Notes: generated by a model not told the origin, from the sequence alone. A DNA stretch of 25,838 nt from a virus (IMGVR_UViG_3300020045_006224:1-25838), one strand, 5' to 3'; counted from the stretch's first letter, positions 1-9,495 are shown. Made by a program: numbers and translations.

Positions 1-20
1 TAATATCGATGTAGAAATAT

Positions 21-449
21 ATGGAACTCAAAGGGATTAATACCGTTATATCGAACTTGCGTAAATACGGTAAAGAAGCCGAAAAAGATATTGAAGGCGT
101 TACTGCTTTAGTTGCTAAAAACATTGAGAGTTATGCAAAATCACAAGCACCTGCAAATTTTGGAAAATTAGGGCAATCTATAAAATCAGTCGAACAAGAT
201 AAAACACATTGGAAAATTGAAGCAGGCGGAACGGTAGCTCCTTATGCGGCTTATGTTGAATTTGGAACAGGTGGTTTAGTTCAAGTTCCAAATGAATTAA
301 AAGAACAGGCTTGGTTATTTAAAGGTAAAGGCATAAAGGAAGTAAATTTAAGAGCTAGACCGTATTTATATCCATCATTATTAAGAGGTCGAAAAGAGTA
401 TTTAGAAAAATTACAAAAAGTATTAAACAAGTATGGTAAATCCAAATAA
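21..449 (+). CDS. HK97 gp10-like tail completion/neck protein
   Basis: Motifs AP..G.L..SI, YAAYVEFGT and ARPYLYP; position before the tail genes. Confidence 0.85.
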   Translation: MELKGINTVISNLRKYGKEAEKDIEGVTALVAKNIESYAKSQAPANFGKLGQSIKSVEQDKTHWKIEAGGTVAPYAAYVEFGTGGLVQVPNELKEQAWLFKGKGIKEVNLRARPYLYPSLLRGRKEYLEKLQKVLNKYGKSK

Positions 450-834
450 ATATATTAGAAAATCAATTTACGACCTTGTTAACGCGTCATATCCTTGTTT
501 TGATACACAAGTGACAGGAAAAACAAACCCGACTAAATACGTTATTATTTCAACACAAGACAAAGGCATTGATAAAGCAAATAAATGCGCGTATCGTTGG
601 GAAGTTGCTACATTATTGGATTTGGTTTGTATTTATAATGGCGCTGGTAATGTTGGTAGTAGATTAGCTAATGACGACATGGAAACTGCTATTTTAGCAT
701 TAATTGAAAATATAGAAGTTACCGGATATACTGTTTTAAATCGTACTTTCGAATTTCCTAGTAATTTAGATTCAAGCACATCAACGCAAACAGTTTACAG
801 AAATTTTATACGCGTTGTATTAACATTAGAATAA
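433..834 (+). CDS. Putative tail terminator protein
   Basis: 133 aa, between the gp10-like and tail tube genes (synteny only). Confidence 0.6.
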   Translation: MVNPNKYIRKSIYDLVNASYPCFDTQVTGKTNPTKYVIISTQDKGIDKANKCAYRWEVATLLDLVCIYNGAGNVGSRLANDDMETAILALIENIEVTGYTVLNRTFEFPSNLDSSTSTQTVYRNFIRVVLTLE

Positions 835-860
835 AAATAGTATATTTACATAAAATAAAA

Positions 861-952
861 GACGATAGTGGCAGAGATTGGTTAATGCAGTCAAGATGTA
901 TGATTATATTATATATAAAATCATTGAGGGTTCGATTCCCTTCTATCGTCCA
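861..952 (+). tRNA. tRNA-like element, possibly degenerate tRNA-Leu(CAA)
   Basis: Acceptor GACGATAG/CTATCGTC, D-arm GCAG-AGATTGGTTA-ATGC, T-arm GAGGG-TTCGATT-CCCTT, long variable-arm hairpin; anticodon arm cannot form together with the D-stem. Confidence 0.6.
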
Positions 953-988
953 AAAATAAAATAAAATTAATCTTTAAATAAAAACAAA

Positions 989-1432
989 ATGAGCATCAAA
1001 GGCGAAAAAGGAATAATCTACATTTATACAGGTGCTGCTTATAAGCCAGTAGCTTGTTTAACTTCAAACAGTTTAAACACAACTGTTTCAATGATAACAT
1101 CAAATACCAAATGTTTCCCGGGTGTAACAAAGAAAACTCCGGGGTCATTTGATTATACAATTGATGCGGAAGGTGAATATATCGATACTACAACGGTTGG
1201 TGGTGATACGGCTAAACAGTCACATGACGCATTGTTTTTAATCCAACAAGCTAAAACATTAGTTGAATGGAAATTAGATACTAATGTAGACGATGCTACA
1301 AGTGTTAAATACTATGGAAGTGGATATATTACTGACTTAAGCGCAACTTTTGGAAGCGGTGATGAAGTGTCTACATTTAGCGCAACTATTGACGGAGACG
1401 GAGATATAGTATTAGTAGATCCAAACGCCTGA
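989..1432 (+). CDS. Major tail tube protein
   Basis: 147 aa; pattern VACLTSNSL...YYGSGYITDLS...TFSATIDGDG; upstream of chaperones and tape measure. Confidence 0.8.
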   Translation: MSIKGEKGIIYIYTGAAYKPVACLTSNSLNTTVSMITSNTKCFPGVTKKTPGSFDYTIDAEGEYIDTTTVGGDTAKQSHDALFLIQQAKTLVEWKLDTNVDDATSVKYYGSGYITDLSATFGSGDEVSTFSATIDGDGDIVLVDPNA

Positions 1433-1490
1433 ACTAGCGTTTTCAATAATGTTTTTAGCAGTGAATTTGCTTAATCTTTAAAAATACAAA

Positions 1491-1937
1491 ATGGATAATA
1501 CAACATTAAAGGCGCAAATTGATAGCCAAATTACAAACGAAACGACCCCAGCAAGCGTTACTCCAACAGACGTTGGTACAAATATTAAAGCAATTATTGA
1601 TTATATAGACCAGCAATCGCCAGTAAAAACAGCAGGAAGCGTTGAGGCCACAGACGTTTCTTTATATCCTGAATTGATTTATGACTTAAATACAGTAAAT
1701 ACAACCGGAGCTACTGACAAAGTAGTTTTACCTGCAACAACCGTTATAGGAAAAGAAGTTTTGGTTTTTGCTGCTAATAATGCTAATGCATTTGCGGTTA
1801 GAGGAAACCAATCAGGAACAGCAGTTTTATCCCCTAATGGAGTTGTAAGTCAAAGTACTAATGTTTCAATTGCTGCCAATATTTCATATAGATTTATTCA
1901 TTTAGGGGTTGGATATTGGAAAGCTGAATTAATATAA
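1491..1937 (+). CDS. Putative tail-associated/decoration protein
   Basis: Thr/Val-rich 148 aa ORF inside the tail operon. Confidence 0.5.
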   Translation: MDNTTLKAQIDSQITNETTPASVTPTDVGTNIKAIIDYIDQQSPVKTAGSVEATDVSLYPELIYDLNTVNTTGATDKVVLPATTVIGKEVLVFAANNANAFAVRGNQSGTAVLSPNGVVSQSTNVSIAANISYRFIHLGVGYWKAELI

Positions 1938-1939
1938 TT

Positions 1940-2284
1940 ATGAAAAAAATAAATTTATTTATCGGAGGAAAATATAGAGACTTTTATTTTGGTTTAGGCT
2001 TTTTAGGTAGACTATTAGACGAAACAAATACTGATATGTCAGATTTTGACCGTTTAAGAGTTTCGAATCCATTTAAATGGATACCATTAATGATGTATCA
2101 TTCGTGTTCTTACGGTTACGTACGCGAAGGAAAAGAGCCTGATTTTGTACTGCAAGACGTTATAAATTGGATAGACGAAAGTACCGTTGAAGTTCTACAA
2201 AGTTTTAATACTGCTTTTGTAAATTCATTAGTGAAAGATGTTCCTGTACAGCCAGAAACTAAAAAAAAAGTGACGAAAAAATAA
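1940..2284 (+). CDS. Tail assembly chaperone (gpG-like)
   Basis: Between tube and tape measure; A9 slippery run near the 3' end. Confidence 0.75.
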   Translation: MKKINLFIGGKYRDFYFGLGFLGRLLDETNTDMSDFDRLRVSNPFKWIPLMMYHSCSYGYVREGKEPDFVLQDVINWIDESTVEVLQSFNTAFVNSLVKDVPVQPETKKKVTKK

Positions 2285-2604
2285 ACTGGAGTGAAGATGT
2301 AATATCATTTGCACTAGGAGAACTTAAATGTCCTGATTTGGATTTCGTTTACGATATGACGTGGGCAGAATTTCAAATCAGGCTTTTTGCATATAAAAGG
2401 CAAGATTTATATAAATGGCAAATGTTACGCGAAATGATGTGGACAAGTTATATTGCACCACATCAAGACCCTAAAAAAATGGTAAAGCGTAAAGAATTAT
2501 TCTTACCTTTGAATAGTGACAAAAAAGTAAATGAAGGCGTATCACAAGAACATAAAGAACGTTTCTTAAACGAGTTTAAAAAATGGCAACAGGCAACAAG
2601 TTAG
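2263..2604 (+). CDS. Tail assembly chaperone gpT-like segment reached by -1 frameshift
   Basis: The -1 frame is open from 2263 (after TAA 2260-2262) to 2604 and overlaps A AAA AAA at 2263-2269. Confidence 0.7.
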   Translation, partial: KKSDEKINWSEDVISFALGELKCPDLDFVYDMTWAEFQIRLFAYKRQDLYKWQMLREMMWTSYIAPHQDPKKMVKRKELFLPLNSDKKVNEGVSQEHKERFLNEFKKWQQATS

Positions 2605-4376
2605 AAGTACAAATTGGAGCAGACATAACCGACTTCCAAAAGAAAATTAAAGAAGTTGAATTTGATGTTAAAGAACTTTCAAAGGCTAAACTTGAAAAGA
2701 TAAAGTTAGGTTTAGATACGCGTGAAATTACGGCTCAAATAAAAGATGCAAAAAGCCAATTAAATAGCTTAAAAACAGCAGTTAGAGACACTGGAGACGC
2801 AGTCGGAGGTAAATTTGCCAAACAAACTGGAAACGGTTCGAACGCTCTTATGCAATTTTCACGAATTGCACAAGATGCGCCTTATGGGATTATTGGTATT
2901 GGAAATAATATCACAGCAACAGTTGAGGCGTTTGGGCATTTAAAAAATCAAACAGGAACTACCGGAGGCGCTTTAAAAGCTATGGCATCGTCTATAATGG
3001 GTAGTGGAGGTATTTTATTAGGTGTTTCTTTGTTAACTACCGGATTTACTTTGTTAGCTCAATCGGGTTTATCGGTTGGGGATATTATTGACAAGGTTAC
3101 AGGTAAATTTGATGAATTTAGAGGCGCTATAAAAAAAGCTAGTGAAGAAGGCGTAAAAGCAACTGCGGGCGAGGTTTTTGGATTAAAAGCTTTGGTTTCT
3201 GCATCCCAAAATAAAGCTTTGTCAGATAAAGATAGATTAATAGCGGTTGAAAATCTACAAAAACAATATCCGGGTTATTTTGGAAATTTATCTAAAGAAC
3301 AGATAATGACGTCTAATCTAACTGGAGTTGTAAATGAACTTACAAAAGCTTTAGTAGCTAGGGCAACTGCTGAAAAATTAGCTGGCGCTAGTGCTGATAT
3401 TCAATTGAAAATATATTCCGCAAACGCTAAATTACTTCAACAAAAAGACAAAACTTTAAAACTAGAAAAAGATTTAGCTTTATTAGTTGGTAATTCAACA
3501 AAAGACGAACTTTATGCAGATAATCAAAAATTTATAGCCGTAACTAATTTAAACGGACAAATAAGAGCGTCTAAATTTGCCGAAAGCGAATATAGGTCAG
3601 AAATATTAAAAGGAACAAAAGCAATTGACCAAAGGCAAAATGTAATAAATCAATTAACGGCATCAAGTTTAAAATTAGAGCAACAACAAACAGGAGGGGG
3701 TAAAAAAGCATCACAAACTTTTAACACTCCGCAAGTTGCAGGATTACAAAGTTTTATTACTCCATTAGAATTAACTCCTATTATCGATACTTCTAAAATA
3801 GCAACTTCAATGAAAATGATTACGTCAATTATTTCGGCGGAATCTGTTAGAGCAATGGAAGCGATGCTGCAGTTTAATGAAAACATAAATGCAATAATTG
3901 AGGATAGTTTTGTTTCTACTTTTGGAAATTTAGGAACTGTAATTGGCGAAGCTTTGGCAAGTGGTGCAAATGTATTACAAGCCGTTGGAAACTCATTAAT
4001 GCAATCATTAGGAAATTTACTATCGAGTTTAGGAGACGAATTAATTAAATTAGGAACAGCGGCGGTTTTAGCTGGTACGGTTGTTAAATTATTTGGAACA
4101 GTTTCAGGAATTGGGGCAGGATTATTGGCAATAGCCGGAGGAACTGCTTTAAAAGGCATAGGCGCTGCAATGGGTAAAAGTGCAAACGATAGGGCAAATG
4201 GAAATACTTCAACAGCAACAGGACAAGGCGCAAACAACACGTCTACAACATCAGGAAACGGAACAGGATGGAGTGGAGGCGCAAATGGAACAGTAGTGTT
4301 TGAAATAGCAGGAACTTCTCTAATTGGAGTCTTGAATAATACAACTGAACGTAATCTTAGAATAGGAGGAAGATAA
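2583..4376 (+). CDS. Tape measure protein
   Basis: 597 aa, Ala/Gly-rich helical protein with hydrophobic stretches, directly after the chaperones. Confidence 0.8.
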   Translation: MATGNKLEVQIGADITDFQKKIKEVEFDVKELSKAKLEKIKLGLDTREITAQIKDAKSQLNSLKTAVRDTGDAVGGKFAKQTGNGSNALMQFSRIAQDAPYGIIGIGNNITATVEAFGHLKNQTGTTGGALKAMASSIMGSGGILLGVSLLTTGFTLLAQSGLSVGDIIDKVTGKFDEFRGAIKKASEEGVKATAGEVFGLKALVSASQNKALSDKDRLIAVENLQKQYPGYFGNLSKEQIMTSNLTGVVNELTKALVARATAEKLAGASADIQLKIYSANAKLLQQKDKTLKLEKDLALLVGNSTKDELYADNQKFIAVTNLNGQIRASKFAESEYRSEILKGTKAIDQRQNVINQLTASSLKLEQQQTGGGKKASQTFNTPQVAGLQSFITPLELTPIIDTSKIATSMKMITSIISAESVRAMEAMLQFNENINAIIEDSFVSTFGNLGTVIGEALASGANVLQAVGNSLMQSLGNLLSSLGDELIKLGTAAVLAGTVVKLFGTVSGIGAGLLAIAGGTALKGIGAAMGKSANDRANGNTSTATGQGANNTSTTSGNGTGWSGGANGTVVFEIAGTSLIGVLNNTTERNLRIGGR

Positions 4377-6178
4377 TGGAAAAATATTTTATACAAAATA
4401 ATTATACGGGCTATTTAGTTCAAATATTTGAAGTTGGATTCGAGGGTGTTTCAACTGAAATATTCGGGAAAATTTCATTTGACAAGGGTAGTGTAGATAA
4501 TATTTTAGATACCATAAGAGGCACTGGATTAAATTTACAGTTGGAGGCTAATCCATTATTAACCTTTGAGGAATTTTCAGATGCGGACGAAAAAACTTAT
4601 ACTGTAAAAGTTACGAATAGTACAGGAACGGTGTTTCAAGGATTTTTAAAACCTGACGGAGTAACACAATCTTTTGTACTTGATATTTGGATAGTAAATT
4701 TAGATTTTATTGACGGACTTGGTAGTTTGAAAGATTTGGCTTTTGTAAAAGCTAATGGAACTAATTTCACTGGAAAACTATCAATGTTTGAAGTAATACA
4801 GGCGTGTTTGGCGCGTACCGGATTAGTAATGACTATAAATACTTTTGTTGACGTTCATTATTTAGATTACGTAGGGACAAATATTTTAAAAGATACTTAT
4901 GTAAATTCAGATCGTTTCTTTAAAATAGATTCTGAAACGCCGGGAGGTGGAACTACAATGACATGTGAAGAGGTGTTAAATTCTGTTTTGAATTTATTTT
5001 CCGCTTGCATAACTCAACAAGATGGGTATTGGTGGGTTTATCGTCCAAATGAATTTTTAAACAACGTTACCTTTATTGATAATTCATTAAATACAACATT
5101 TATAAAAGGACTGTATAAAAAAATAGGTTCGCAAATTGATAACTATTACCCACATCATTGCGGAGGTAGTCAACAAATACAAACAAAAGGCGCTATTAGT
5201 GCATATCGTTTAAATTATAAATATGGTTTTAAATCAGGAATGTTATTAAATCCTAATTTGCATCATGACACGGCATTAATTTTCGATTATTGGGGCAAAG
5301 GAATTGATTTCAACGACTTTGCTATAAATGATTTGTCGGATACAATGGGGTTATTAATGAATGCAACCGAAGCCACTTCAAAGAAAATGTTACAATCTCC
5401 CACATTTTCTATTTTAGCAGGTAGTCAAATAGATTTAAAAGTTGCACTTTTTGGCTATCTTGATTATAAAAGAGCGTTTGTTTTTGAAGTAAAAAGAGGC
5501 GACGGTTATTATGCAAACAACGAGGGTCAATGGGTTGATACTGGATTAGGTGCTGCATTTGTGGAAACATCCGGAGAGGGTTCTTTTGCTTGGACTTTAA
5601 AATGTGAACCCGTGCCAAATGACACAACTATTTTTGTTGCAATTTATTCACCAACAACTGAATTTAGTCCTCATAAAGTAGAAGTACAATCATGTCAGCT
5701 TATAAACAATTTCAATTACGATGGAAAAGTAGGGGAGTTTCATACCGTTACGCGTTCAGTGTCTCCAAGCTCAATAATAAAAGAAAATCAAGAAGTTTAT
5801 AACGGTGATTCAATAGGAGATATTTTCGAAGGTGCGATTTATAAAAGTGACAAAACAACACTTACAACACTTTGGACGCGTAAAGGAAAACTAGAAGAAA
5901 AGTATTTATTAAGAATAAGCGCGGAAGATGATATGCGTATTCAACAAAAGCCAATTAAGACGTTTACAGGTGATATTTATGGATATGTACCATATTTATC
6001 TATAATTGAAATAAACAATATTAGCGGATTATTTATGTTTATAGAGCATAGTTATGACACTGATTCAAATATTACACGTGGCAAGCTACAACAGTTTTTT
6101 ACAAGTGAAGTTGCGGACTTACAATATTTATTAACTTACGATTATGGAAATACTGTAAAACCGTCAATTCGTTCATAA
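4376..6178 (+). CDS. Tail tip/hub-type structural protein
   Basis: 600 aa beta-rich ORF translationally coupled to the tape measure (TAATG). Confidence 0.6.
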   Translation: MEKYFIQNNYTGYLVQIFEVGFEGVSTEIFGKISFDKGSVDNILDTIRGTGLNLQLEANPLLTFEEFSDADEKTYTVKVTNSTGTVFQGFLKPDGVTQSFVLDIWIVNLDFIDGLGSLKDLAFVKANGTNFTGKLSMFEVIQACLARTGLVMTINTFVDVHYLDYVGTNILKDTYVNSDRFFKIDSETPGGGTTMTCEEVLNSVLNLFSACITQQDGYWWVYRPNEFLNNVTFIDNSLNTTFIKGLYKKIGSQIDNYYPHHCGGSQQIQTKGAISAYRLNYKYGFKSGMLLNPNLHHDTALIFDYWGKGIDFNDFAINDLSDTMGLLMNATEATSKKMLQSPTFSILAGSQIDLKVALFGYLDYKRAFVFEVKRGDGYYANNEGQWVDTGLGAAFVETSGEGSFAWTLKCEPVPNDTTIFVAIYSPTTEFSPHKVEVQSCQLINNFNYDGKVGEFHTVTRSVSPSSIIKENQEVYNGDSIGDIFEGAIYKSDKTTLTTLWTRKGKLEEKYLLRISAEDDMRIQQKPIKTFTGDIYGYVPYLSIIEINNISGLFMFIEHSYDTDSNITRGKLQQFFTSEVADLQYLLTYDYGNTVKPSIRS

Positions 6179-6186
6179 TTTTTTAA

Positions 6187-6194
6187 TATATTTG
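6187..6194 (+). promoter_or_regulatory. Possible Bacteroidota -7 promoter element
   Basis: TATATTTG 4 nt before the ATG at 6199. Confidence 0.35.
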
Positions 6195-6198
6195 TTGT

Positions 6199-6711
6199 AT
6201 GGATTTTTATAAAGGACAAGACCGCATTTTATACATAAAAATACTTGGTAATTATTTGCCAATAGCTTGTTTGCAAGATAATCCATTTAGCGAAACAAGT
6301 GAGTTTATTGATACAACAACTAGAGATAACGCAGGGTGGGCAACATCACGACCAAATATGCAATCTTACAATATTTCATTTAATGGAATACAAGTAGTTA
6401 CAAGTGTTGCAGGCGGTTATTTTAACGTTGCGAGTTACGATAAATTAAAACAATTGAAACGCTCAAGAACATTATTAGAATGGAAAATAGAGGGTAATTT
6501 TCCAGTTATTGATTATGGAAAAGCGTATATTTCTGAACTTTCAGAAGCTTCACCAATTGACGAATTTTTAACGTTTAGCGGTTCATTAGTTGGATTTGGT
6601 ATTCCATTAACAACCACTAAAGGAACAGATGTATTGAATAGCGGTGACCCGTTAGAAGTAATTGTTACAGACCCAACGGCAACACAAATTATTAGAACTA
6701 AACAAATATGA
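6199..6711 (+). CDS. Second tail-tube-fold protein
   Basis: Visible similarity to 989..1432 (PIACLQDN vs PVACLTSN; YGKAYISELS vs YGSGYITDLS; TFSGSLVGFG vs TFSATIDGDG). Confidence 0.7.
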   Translation: MDFYKGQDRILYIKILGNYLPIACLQDNPFSETSEFIDTTTRDNAGWATSRPNMQSYNISFNGIQVVTSVAGGYFNVASYDKLKQLKRSRTLLEWKIEGNFPVIDYGKAYISELSEASPIDEFLTFSGSLVGFGIPLTTTKGTDVLNSGDPLEVIVTDPTATQIIRTKQI

Positions 6712-7283
6712 TAAATCCAAACGATATAACAACTGTAAGAGTTGACGAATTGCCGCCTGATAGTTTACATTTAACGGATTTATTCCCATTCGAAACATCA
6801 GATCAATTTTTAAAGAAAGCTACAATTTCGGAATTAATAGCATTTATAGCTTTACAAACTAGCGCCTTGCAATTTGAAGTTAAAAGAATGTCAGTAACAC
6901 AATCGTATATTGACGATAATTTTGATGTTACAGGGTTAGGGATTAATATATGCGCAGGCTTCGCAATATGTAACGGTCAAAACGGCACTGAAAATGTAGA
7001 TGGTTTAGTAGGAGTTGGATTTGGAGCAGTTCAAAGCAATATAGGTGGTTTTGGCGGTTTTAAAGAACAGGTTTTAACTAAAAATCAAATACCTTTAATA
7101 GATGTGGTATTGCCTGTTTCTGATTCTGAAAATAGCGGGGGAACACATGTCTATGTTAACGCTTCGGATTTAGAGCCGGCGGGAACTAAATTATATGAAA
7201 ACGCGGCAGGAAAACAAGGAGTTGTAAGCGCGGTTAATAACATGCAGCCTTATATTGTTCAATTATATATGATGAAATTATGA
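6708..7283 (+). CDS. Tail collar/baseplate-like protein
   Basis: AICNGQNGT and C-terminal NNMQPYIVQLYMMKL, typical of tail-collar domain proteins. Confidence 0.65.
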   Translation: MINPNDITTVRVDELPPDSLHLTDLFPFETSDQFLKKATISELIAFIALQTSALQFEVKRMSVTQSYIDDNFDVTGLGINICAGFAICNGQNGTENVDGLVGVGFGAVQSNIGGFGGFKEQVLTKNQIPLIDVVLPVSDSENSGGTHVYVNASDLEPAGTKLYENAAGKQGVVSAVNNMQPYIVQLYMMKL

Positions 7284-7957
7284 TAGACCCATTATTGATA
7301 AGTACCATAGGTGTTGAACAATTAGTCGAAGCTCCATTTAATTTAACCGATAATATTCCGCACGAAGTATCAACTAATTTGAGACGCGGAACGGTTAATA
7401 ATTTAGCCACATTTATAGCCGGAGTAATCGGAACAACTGGAAGTTTAGCCTTTTTACCTATTGCGGTTATAGACGAACAAACGTTACCAAATACCACTAC
7501 AAACGAATGGTTTTTAGCAGGAAAAGGAACTTATCATCAAACAGGAGGTTATCCTGATATTGTTTGTACAGAGGAATTAAACGCAATTGTAGGAAATGGA
7601 ACTTTTTGGGCTTTAGCCGTTGAAATTCCAATTGTAGTCGACCCACCATCTGCAATGATTAGTCAAACAATCGCGGCAGGAATTACAAATTATTCACCAA
7701 GCGAAAATGCTGTGTTTTTAGCATTACAAAATTTAGTTCAGGGTGTTGATAGTATTAGATATGCAGGATTAGGGCAAGATTATACGATACCTATTGGAGC
7801 AACAGCATTAAGAGGATGGATAAATGACGCACCACAACACAAAGAAATGACCGGATTTGAAGCTGATTTAAATACATTTACACAATCGGGTTTGATAGTC
7901 ACATTTAAAAAAGCAATTACAACAGGCGCACGTATCATAATAGACTACTATTTTTAA
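7280..7957 (+). CDS. Putative tail structural/fibre-attachment protein
   Basis: ATGA overlap; N-terminus resembles that of 6708..7283. Confidence 0.5.
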   Translation: MIDPLLISTIGVEQLVEAPFNLTDNIPHEVSTNLRRGTVNNLATFIAGVIGTTGSLAFLPIAVIDEQTLPNTTTNEWFLAGKGTYHQTGGYPDIVCTEELNAIVGNGTFWALAVEIPIVVDPPSAMISQTIAAGITNYSPSENAVFLALQNLVQGVDSIRYAGLGQDYTIPIGATALRGWINDAPQHKEMTGFEADLNTFTQSGLIVTFKKAITTGARIIIDYYF

Positions 7958-7977
7958 TTAATCTAAATACAAATAAC

Positions 7978-8008
7978 AAAACACTCTTAAATTTAGGGTG
8001 TTTTTTTT
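7978..8008 (+). terminator. Intrinsic terminator
   Basis: AAAACACTCT...AGGGTGTTTT hairpin plus T run. Confidence 0.7.
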
Positions 8009-8010
8009 GT

Positions 8011-8037
8011 TTTCGTACGAAATAAATCGTACGTTTG
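8011..8037 (+). promoter_or_regulatory. Promoter (-7 TACGTTTG) overlapped by palindromic operator-like sites
   Basis: TTTCGTACGAAA 8011-8022, second TCGTACG 8027-8033, TAnnTTTG 8030-8037. Confidence 0.55.
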
Positions 8038-8067
8038 TGCTTTAATAACACTAAAAAATATATTATT

Positions 8068-8256
8068 ATGGCAAAGTACAGTAAAGGCGACAAAGTTACA
8101 ATTCAAAACAAAGGAATGTACGATCACGAATCAAAATCAAGAGTAGGTAATAACGGAGGTTCAAAAGAAGCAACTGTTACTAAGGTTTTTAGTCACGGAG
8201 TAAGAACTGAAAAAGGTTATTACGGATTCAAAAACGGAATAAGTAAAAACGATTAA
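8068..8256 (+). CDS. Small basic hypothetical protein
   Basis: ATG 8068 after an A-rich leader is preferred to the upstream alternative start. Confidence 0.6.
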   Translation: MAKYSKGDKVTIQNKGMYDHESKSRVGNNGGSKEATVTKVFSHGVRTEKGYYGFKNGISKND

Positions 8257-8260
8257 ACTT

Positions 8261-8386
8261 ATGAAAAAATCAAAAAACGGCAAAATTCAAATAAGCGTAC
8301 AATGTCACCCAAAAATTATCAAAGAAGTACGCAATTACGCAAAACAAAGAACAATTGAAGAATTAAAAAAAGAAGAGAAATTATGA
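8261..8386 (+). CDS. 41 aa possible RHH-like DNA-binding protein (not in ORF track)
   Basis: MKKSKNGKIQISVQCHPKIIKEVRNYAKQRTIEELKKEEKL; ATGA overlap with the next gene. Confidence 0.55.
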   Translation: MKKSKNGKIQISVQCHPKIIKEVRNYAKQRTIEELKKEEKL

Positions 8387-9210
8387 AAAAAGCAGTAGCA
8401 ATGAAATGCAGTCAAAAAGATTGGGATTCGATTAAAGATAGATTTATTGGAATAAATTTATCAAGTTTTAATAGGTATGATTATATAGTAAATAATTTTT
8501 CCGGGAAAGATATGTGTATTAAAAATATTTTTGATTTTTATAAAAATGACTACAATAGAGAAATCCACGAAACATTCAACGCTAAAATATTCTTAAACGC
8601 GTGCGGGATTGATTGTGACGTTTATGAGATTACTAAGGAGCAGGTTTTAAAACTTCATAATAATGAAGGTAGTCGATATGTAAAAGAATGGTTTCCAGAA
8701 GCTTTTAAAAAGGAGTTGGAAGTTGGGAAGTGGTATTCAAGTGATTCGTTTTTAATTATGTATAAAGGGAATGAAAGATGCATTTCTATTTCTAAGATGA
8801 CAGGTGATTATGATGATAATAACATTCACAGAATGGATATGCATATAGATTGCGATTATAAAGAAGCCACCACACAAGAAGTTGAAGCTGCTTTGATTTG
8901 TGAGGCTAAGAAGAGAGGGTTTAAAGATGGAGTATTATTCAAATCTGTAGAAAAAAATATTGACGGAATAGATATTATAAAATTTGGCAGCATATCTAGT
9001 GATATTTTTTATGGTAAAAATAAATTATTTAACTCAAGAGGGTATATTTTTAAAGATGGAATTTGGGCTCAAATAATCGACAAAACACTAACTGAACCTA
9101 AATTAAGTCTTAATGATTTATTATCAGTTTGGGGAGATTCATCTGAAATAGAATTTTATAAACAATCTCCATTATTTCAAAGTTTCTTAAAATTAGCAAA
9201 ATCAAAATAA
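8383..9210 (+). CDS. Hypothetical phage protein
   Basis: 275 aa ORF; no family recognised. Confidence 0.7.
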   Translation: MKKAVAMKCSQKDWDSIKDRFIGINLSSFNRYDYIVNNFSGKDMCIKNIFDFYKNDYNREIHETFNAKIFLNACGIDCDVYEITKEQVLKLHNNEGSRYVKEWFPEAFKKELEVGKWYSSDSFLIMYKGNERCISISKMTGDYDDNNIHRMDMHIDCDYKEATTQEVEAALICEAKKRGFKDGVLFKSVEKNIDGIDIIKFGSISSDIFYGKNKLFNSRGYIFKDGIWAQIIDKTLTEPKLSLNDLLSVWGDSSEIEFYKQSPLFQSFLKLAKSK

Positions 9211-9211
9211 T

Positions 9212-9439
9212 ATGACCGAACAAGATTTTAAAACAGCAATAAAAGAAACGGCTTTATTTATAGCAAAGCCAAAGTTTTCACAAAATATAATTATCAAACA
9301 TCGCATTCCGGCTTTGTATGATTATTATTTACAAGCGAAGAAATACGGGATTGAGTATTTAAAACAAAATCCTAATATTTTGAGTAGTGAGGTTAGTTTG
9401 ATAGGAGAAATTTTAAGTTTGGGAGTAGCCACCAAGTAA
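9212..9439 (+). CDS. Hypothetical protein
   Basis: 75 aa, tightly packed after the previous stop. Confidence 0.6.
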   Translation: MTEQDFKTAIKETALFIAKPKFSQNIIIKHRIPALYDYYLQAKKYGIEYLKQNPNILSSEVSLIGEILSLGVATK

Positions 9440-9463
9440 AAAACGTGAGGTGCTTATTATTTC

Positions 9464-9495
9464 AAAACCACAATTTAATTATTGTGGTTTTTTTT
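9464..9495 (+). terminator. Intrinsic terminator
   Basis: AAAACCACAAT...ATTGTGGTTTT plus T run. Confidence 0.8.

Noticed and set aside
861-952. UGA-suppressor or Sec tRNA explaining the readthrough at 1430
   Set aside because: TCA at 891-893 is not centred in any 7-nt loop; the only such loop centres CAA
3650-4396. 248 aa minus-strand ORF
   Set aside because: Antisense shadow of the tape measure gene
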